Of a stretch of DNA of 53,593 nt, positions 46,894-53,593 are shown piece by piece; position 1 is the stretch's first letter, and every line of letters starts with the position of its first letter. The notes below the pieces were generated by a model that did not search any database, was not told the origin of the DNA, and saw nothing but the letters and a program-made list of their open reading frames with translations. Source of the DNA: Octopus bimaculoides (taxonomy: Eukaryota); contig NC_068983.1 in NCBI RefSeq assembly GCF_001194135.2, forward strand, positions 71,517,622 to 71,571,214, written 5' to 3'. The translations under genes were made by a program, and so were the position numbers.

Positions 46894-47282
46894 TGTTGTT
46901 GTTGGCACTCCGTCGCTTACGACGTCGAGGGTTCCAGTTGATCCGATCAACGGAACAGCCTGCTCGTAAAATTAACGTGTAAGTAGCTGAGCACTCCACA
47001 GACACGTGTACCCTTAACGTAGTTCTCGGGGATATTCAGCGTGACATAGTGTGACAAGGCTGACCCTTTTGAATTACAGGCACAACAGAAACAGGAAGTG
47101 AGAGTGAGAGAAAGTTGTGGTGGAAGAGTACAGCAGAGTTCGCCACCATCCCCTGCCGGAGCCTCATGGAGCTTTAGGTGTTTTCGCTCAATAAACACTC
47201 ACAACGTCCGGTATGGGAATCGAAACTGCGATCCCATGACCGCAAGCCTGCTGCCCTAACCACTGGGTCATTGCGCCTCCAC
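46894..47282 (-). mobile_element. SINE family C, full length, with 14-bp TSD
   Basis: tRNA-like head (GTGGAGGCGCAATGACCCAGTGGTTAGGG..TTTCGATTCCC), (AAC)n tail; perfect TSD AGAGTGTATATTAT at 46880-46893 and 47283-47296. Confidence 0.92.
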
Positions 47283-47302
47283 AGAGTGTATATTATATAT
47301 TA

Positions 47303-47526
47303 CAGTAATCCTTCGCCATACTGTCGTTCACCTATCGCGGTTTATTAATTAAGCTTACGTCCTTTCCTCCGCGGTGTTGTTTTGCATTTATAATAAAATA
47401 AATATATACAAATTATAAATATAATTTTTAAAATATATATAATACAGTACTGTTTCAACTTTGTAGATTTTAACCTATCGCGCGGGGTTTTGGAACGTAA
47501 CGCCCGCGATAGTCGAGGGATTACTG
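47303..47526. mobile_element. Tigger/pogo-like MITE
   Basis: TIRs CAGTAATCC(T/C)TCG..TATCGCG / CGCGATAGTCGAGGGATTACTG; TA on the left, CA on the right. Confidence 0.8.
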
Positions 47527-48419
47527 CATATTTGTTGGATCAGGTTGTAGTTGGTTGAATCAAGTACAGTACAAAACTGGTTTCTTTTTTACCGACAACA
47601 AATGGAGGAGTGACTACTGACTTCGATGGAGTTCGAACTCAAATAACCGATTAGTACTGTTAAGTAATTTAATCCAGCACTTCTCGCTTCGTGTCTATAA
47701 TGGAGTAACAGGTCTAAAGCAAAATAGGCAACATCGTAGAAATATTATTATGTTTAAAATAAAATAATAAATTTATTGCTTAAAATTTTACTTTTGCTGG
47801 CTTTTTCTCTATGTAGATGACAATAACTAACATGTTTGGTGCAAATTGTTGTTTGTATTGTCTGCACATAATTTCTGTCAAGTAACGCCCATCCTATTGT
47901 TTTATTGTCTGTCATAGTATTCAGCTTTAATAATTTCTCTTTAATATACATTGTGTATTATTTACTCATGATCTATTCGACAAATGTTCATTGAGATTAA
48001 ACGAAGAAAATTTATTTTAAAAACATAAGTTTATTCAATAGAAAATTAAACAGGAAAGCCTCGCATTGTTTATTGAAAATATATTAAACGCATTATCAGC
48101 ATAATTTGTTCTGGTTATTACTTTATTCTTATTATTTTGTCAACTGTTCTAAAGATTCGAATTAAAAAAAAAATTGTATAAACATTAGTGTATATAACGC
48201 ACATCAACTGTCTTTGAAGTCATTGTTGTCAGTGACTTCAACGTTCGCAACTCCACTTTGCTATCACACTCATCTCATATTGAGACGCAGAGAGTGAATC
48301 GTTTGAAATCATCAGCTCATCATTTTAATTAGTCCCATTACCTGCACACATCTTTGAACGACACAGAGATACATCGAACGCCTTTAATCGCTTTATCAAC
48401 TCTAAACCTTCTTCTAATA

Positions 48420-48835
48420 AGCCATCGCCGTCTCTGAACCTATTGGCTCAACTTACTAGAAATAGCAGTCAACTCTCAGATAACACGCTAACGTCTAAAT
48501 CAAAGAAAAATGCACCGGACAGTATAATCCTTGATATTAAAAAATAAGATGACCTTAATTGGAATGTTTTTAATTATGTCTAGTCGTCGACAACTGACCT
48601 GGGTTTAAATGACAACACCTATGACCCCGAGCCAATGAAGGGGCGTCTGTTGCTTCGCTTGCTAAACATAGCAGCTAAATAACTCTCAAATCTCGCTCTT
48701 GCGTCTTTAAAAAAAGACACATTAGTCCTAGATATATGTTTGAAAATAAAACTGAGCAGTGGGTAAGGCTGGAACGCCTTTTATCATAATTCTGCTCAAT
48801 CAGAACTGATCAAGAGCTAAGCAACAACAACAACC
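48420..48835 (+). mobile_element. Two tandem decayed copies of a GCTAGAAATAGCAGCCAAA-containing SINE-like family F (others at ~43900-44100, ~46700-46870, and minus copies at ~34580-34860 and ~35905-35960)
   Basis: Recurring motif CTAGAAATAGCAG..CTC..AAAT..CACC; (CAA)n tail at 48822-48833; the 43.9-kb copy retains GGGTTTCGATTCCCG. Confidence 0.55.
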
Positions 48836-49629
48836 GACTATGACCAACCAGCCAGTATACTAAATCCACTTAACTAGCGAACATTAAGTCCTAAACCTCT
48901 GCAATTTAACGTCTTGAATCTAACTGACGAGCGACTAAACAGCTGATTTCTAGCCAAACATTTCAACCTGATCACTTCTCATTAGTTGACAATAAAGTAT
49001 TTGAGCCAAAGTAAGCAATCAACCAAATGCACTTAGATGGCCAACAACCTCTGCATGTTTATTCCATCCAACTTTCCTGTTTATTTCATTTCCTTTACTG
49101 TTTATTTCATCTTTTATCTTGTGATTAAATTCAATACAGAGATATCCTACGACTTTCATTTGTGTTTGAATGTGAGAAATTGGATGATAATAAATCTAGT
49201 GAAATAATACTGCTTGATTAAGAGAGTTAGCAACTTTCACTTGCGATGTCTTCCATATTCTGACTAAAAATGACAATGAATGGAAATATTTTTGCTTTAT
49301 CTTCGAATAGGAAGGGCATGAAGAAGAATAAACAAGAATTATTTGCCAAGCTAATGAGAAAGATAGTTTTCAGTGGTGCAACAACGCTGATAGCAATTGA
49401 CAATTCCTTACACTGAATGTATCAAAAATTCTAGCATAATATTTTCAAGACATATCTGTGATGAAACAGAAAAACATTACATCACAACCAGTAATTTCTG
49501 TTGCGAAGCTTAACCTTCAGAAAATCTTTTTTTTTTTGTGCTTGTTAAGAAATGCCTGATTAAAAGATACGAAGTAACAATGCCCTAGGGATTAGAGTTA
49601 GTGTTTAAGGTAATGCTTTTTTTCTCTGT

Positions 49630-50600
49630 TTTCAAAAAAAAATTGAACCCGAACTAGAGGTTTTTTTACACACTGAATCCGAAAATGACATCCATTTATT
49701 ACCATCTCGTCAAGATTTTAAGATACAGGATCCATGGAATTTCATAGTTTTGGGGTTTTTTTATGTAACAGCTTATGCCAAAGAAGGCATAACATACAAA
49801 CATACACAGAATTTGTTTTTTTTGCAAAACCAGAATATTTTTTTTAATTCTACTGAAAAACTAGTAAAAATCTGAAAATTTTTTACAGACAAATTACGTC
49901 ATCTTTTATGCCTAATTTCCCATGAGCTTGCATTGGGATGATTTTCTTGAATGCTGAACCTCAGGAAAATCACAAGCTATGTTCTAGCAATACTTCCCCA
50001 TCATAGGCAAGACTCATCTTCCTTGACACCTTTGTTCCATTGATTGTATGTCATAGTGGAAACGTTCTCCCTGTTCTTATGTCAAAATGTTTTGGCAATT
50101 TATCAAGGTGACCGTGGAGCTTTACGCTGATATTTATCCTAACTTTTGAAGGTTCTCCCGCATGTTTCGACTATTTCGATATAACTGACTTCTTTCTTGT
50201 TGCCCAGAAAGCCATTTACAACTATTACAAATGAATTTGATGTTGCTGCTTCAATGCACTTCATCGAATTTGCAAAGTTCTTATCTTCCATCAATTTTCT
50301 GATTTGAGGCCCATCAAATATTTCAGCTTCTGTTTAAACACAGCTTACAGTAATCTTTGGACCTCAAGCGCAAATGAAAAGCCTGCGCGAATTCTAAAAT
50401 AAGAAAATATTTTCCGTCGAGTCTGGAGAGAGTCATATTGTCTTAATGCCTTATTATCTGACACATTCAACGGTTCGATTTCCACTCATGTATTTTCTAT
50501 ATTTTTTAAATATTTTTTCTCACAAAATTTTCGTTGCTTTTGCAGCCTTGTCAATGGATATTAACTCTTTCCGTTGTTGCTTTCTGTTTTTTGTCTCTTT
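49630..50600 (-). mobile_element. Chapaev3-like (CMC) transposase C-terminal remnant; the superfamily name is recalled from motifs, not searched
   Basis: IFDGPQIRKLMED, FLGNKK..Y.EIV, ISVKLH..HLDK, EQGERFHYDIQSMEQRCQGR*..MMGKYC*. Confidence 0.7.
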
Positions 50601-51279
50601 GGGCGCACGTATGCGGTTATCATAAAGGGTCCGCTTTTCATCACAAGTGACAATTCGTTCAAGAAAAGAATCATTGGTGTTTCGCAGGAAGAGCATCGAA
50701 CACACTTCAAAACTCCGAACTTTTTGATTTTCATTGAGTTCGTCGACCCATTTATCAAGCTTTTTCACCTTACTAATCTTCTGCAGATTGCGTGAGACCG
50801 TTGCAATACCGACACCAAGTGCCTGAGACATTTTTCTGGTACTTTGACGTGGGCTTTGTTCAACATTTGCTTTCAATTGTTCATTGTCAAGACTGCATGA
50901 CCGTCCTCTACCTTCTTCATCTTCAAGGCTTTCATCACCACTACGGAATTTCTGAAACCACCTTTGTACTGTGTGATTACTTGTGGACCTCTCTCCCCAT
51001 GCTCTGTTGATATTGGCAGCAGTTTGGGAACCATTGTTCCCAAGCTTGAACTCATGCAAGAAAAGTAAGCGAAGGTTTTTTTTTTTGTCATATTTATACT
51101 TAAGGGCGCCTACGCTTCAAGAATATTTTCTGTCTGAAACAAGTAGAAAATTATTAAAGAGCATACACCAATTATTAAGTCCGTCTAAATTTACCCAAAA
51201 TATAATTAAAATACTACGATAAAATTGCGTTTCAAATTACAACACTTGTAGCGGCAATTATTTTAGGAACAACCTAATA
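50600..51279 (-). mobile_element. 5' half of a mariner (Hsmar1/SETMAR-like) element
   Basis: TIR TATTAGGTTGTTCCTAAAATAATTGCCG at 51279; ATG at 51091 with an A-run frameshift; HTH (TVQRWFQKFRSGDESLEDEEGRGR), KKLDKWV, RIVTCDEK (first catalytic D); truncated after YDNR. Confidence 0.9.
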
Positions 51280-51351
51280 CCTATATATCTACTTACCTGT
51301 GTATCTATCTGTTTACCTACCGATATATCCATTTACCTACCTACCTACCTA

Positions 51352-51398
<47 letters not shown>

Positions 51399-51619
51399 TT
51401 GCCTACATAACAGCCTACTAATATATGTACTTATATATGTATATTTTGTGGGTATTGGGGTATCACTACCTTCTACGAGTATTTCCTATTTAGTATGGGG
51501 AACTTTCCATTTATGAAGACGTACTCTTGTATTTGTCTGTTAATTTGGTATCTTTTAATCTATTGGAAATACAGTATATTCAAAGATGATTCAAGTAAAA
51601 CATTTCAGTAATCAGCCAC

Positions 51620-51737
<118 letters not shown>

Positions 51738-51748
51738 TCATCATCATC

Positions 51749-51980
51749 AAGGCGGCGAGCTGGCAGAATCGTTAGCACGCCGGGCAAAATGCTTAGCAGC
51801 ATTTCGTCCGTCTTTATGTTCTGTATTCAAATTCCGCATAGGTCAACTTTGTCTTTCATTCTTTCGGGCTCGATGAAATAAGTACCAGTGAAACACTGGG
51901 GGTCAACGTAATCAACTTGTCCCATCCTCCAAAATTTCAAGCCTTGTGCCTTTAGTAGAAAGGATTATTATTATTATTAT

Positions 51981-52011
<31 letters not shown>

Positions 52012-52211
52012 TATTTCTACTACATCTCAAGGCCTGACATTCTGAGCGGGCGCTATTAAATTACATAAAACCCTGAACAAGACTGGTACTTATTTCATCG
52101 ACCCGAAAGGATGAAAGGCAAAATTGACCTCTGAGGAATTTGAACTCAAAATGTAAAGAGCAGGAAGAAATGCCGTTAAGCATTTTTTTCCGACATTCTA
52201 ACGATTCTCCG
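51749..52211. mobile_element. Tail-to-tail inverted pair of SINE family A (+ 51749-51966, - 52012-52211) sharing an (ATT)/(AGT)n spacer
   Basis: Both copies match the family consensus in opposite orientation. Confidence 0.85.
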
Positions 52212-53313
52212 ATGAAAACATTCAAAAGATTTCAGATCTAATTCATTGGCATGAGTCAGACAATTATCATTGTGGATGTTATCGTCATCGTTGCTTTAGC
52301 GTTCCTGGAATATTGGCTCTATCACAGCTAAACAACATGACATGTTGAATAGATTTGTAATACTGAACATCAACTTATCATAATATTCTATGCTTAGGGA
52401 GCAAAAGTGAAACGTATGCTTCAAAATCTCAGGCAAATCTATAGATTGACAGACTTTTCTAATCTCGACTGGGAGAGGTTTATGAAAGGAAAACCATGGA
52501 TTTGGAGAGGCAGAGTGGATTAAATGAATTTATTTTAATTTTACAAGTTTAAAAGTGCATAATAAATAAAGTATGCAACGAGAACAAAGGATTAGTTTCG
52601 CCTAACTGATTTGGATTGCCAGTCTTTGAGAGGCGCCATCTATAATTTATGTTATCGGTTGTTTCAATGAACATTTGGATACAAAAATTATTCTTGAATA
52701 TTTAATGAAAAACAAGTTTCGAATTAAAATGCATAATAAAATATTAAATGTTCGCTTTCTGTATTGTTGATTTCCTTTATTTCATTGCTTAAAATTCTAG
52801 TGAATGGTAATCGAAAACTCTACAGATGATAAATAAAATATTTACATCGTGGAAAAATATTTTTTTTAATTTTATTGATCAAATATTTAGAGTAGAGGAA
52901 ACGAAATGCACAGACCACAACATACCTTTAGTTATTTTTTCTTTTCTGGTCTTTATATCTGTTCTTTAAAAAACTCATAATATAAAATGAAATATGGATT
53001 CATAACTTGACCTGTTAAATCCCTTTTCCTAAGGTAATAGGTATTTGATTAAAATTATATCATCTAATAGTCAGACGTACTAATTTATAACAGAACAATG
53101 ATAATGAGAGATCTCCCAACAAGGTAAATCGGCTTTGGACGCATCGTCTGCATAGAAAAGTAGATAGCAGATTCTCTTGGAATGTCTAATGCTTGCTTTA
53201 AAATTGAAAGTTCCATTTTAGAGAAACACCTACATGCCTAGTTTTGATTCTCCGTACTATATGAGATTGAACTTTGCCATGTAAATTGTTTTATTATTGA
53301 AATGTGAACGTAT

Positions 53314-53525
53314 AGGCGTAGGAGTGGCTGTGTGGTAAGTAGCTTCCTTACGAACCACATGGTTCCGGGTTCAGTCCCACTGTGTGACACCTTGGGCAAG
53401 TGTTTTTTACTATAGCCTCGGGCCGATCAAAGCTTTGTGGGTGGATTTGGCAGACGGAAACTGAAAGAAGCCCGTCGTATATATGTATATATACATATAT
53501 TTCATATATCATATAAATATAAGGC

Positions 53526-53562
<37 letters not shown>

Positions 53563-53593
53563 ATGTGAATGTAGTTTATGCACGTCCACAAAT
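53314..53593 (+). mobile_element. SINE family B (tRNA head + CORE-like domain), cut off by the window end
   Basis: AGGCGTAGGAGTGGCTGTGTGGTAAG..GGTTCAGTCCC..GACACCTTGGGCAAGTG (CORE-like)..GACGGAAACTGAAAGAAGCCCGTCG followed by TA/TG repeats. Confidence 0.85.

Overview
AT-rich, intron- and repeat-dominated animal DNA with five N gaps. The SINE families and the (AT)/(CA)/(ACAT)/(AAT)/(AGAT) microsatellites resemble those of octopus genomes; this is an inference from repeat style, not a database hit. One host gene is well supported. It lies on the minus strand and encodes a ~284-aa secreted fibrinogen-related protein (signal peptide, short coiled coil, FReD domain). Its first coding exon (43469-43622) is absent from the ORF track and joins in phase to the FReD exon (38659-39359). 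Most other recognisable sequence is decayed TEs: a Ty3/gypsy pol, RLE-type (R4/Dong-like) LINE ends, RTE and L1/Tx1-like fragments, a full-length 3-kb hAT, mariner and Chapaev3-like remnants, several MITEs and many tRNA-derived SINEs. The most unusual signals are two head-to-head inverted dimers. One (12.4-13.1 kb) pairs two copies of a tRNA-headed element, each carrying a minimal hammerhead-ribozyme motif. The other (19.5-21.8 kb) has ~0.8-1-kb inverted arms around a Penelope GIY-YIG fragment, with both arms ending at a decayed CTGATGA...GAAA motif. A pri-miRNA-like hairpin lies at 16.85-16.92 kb.
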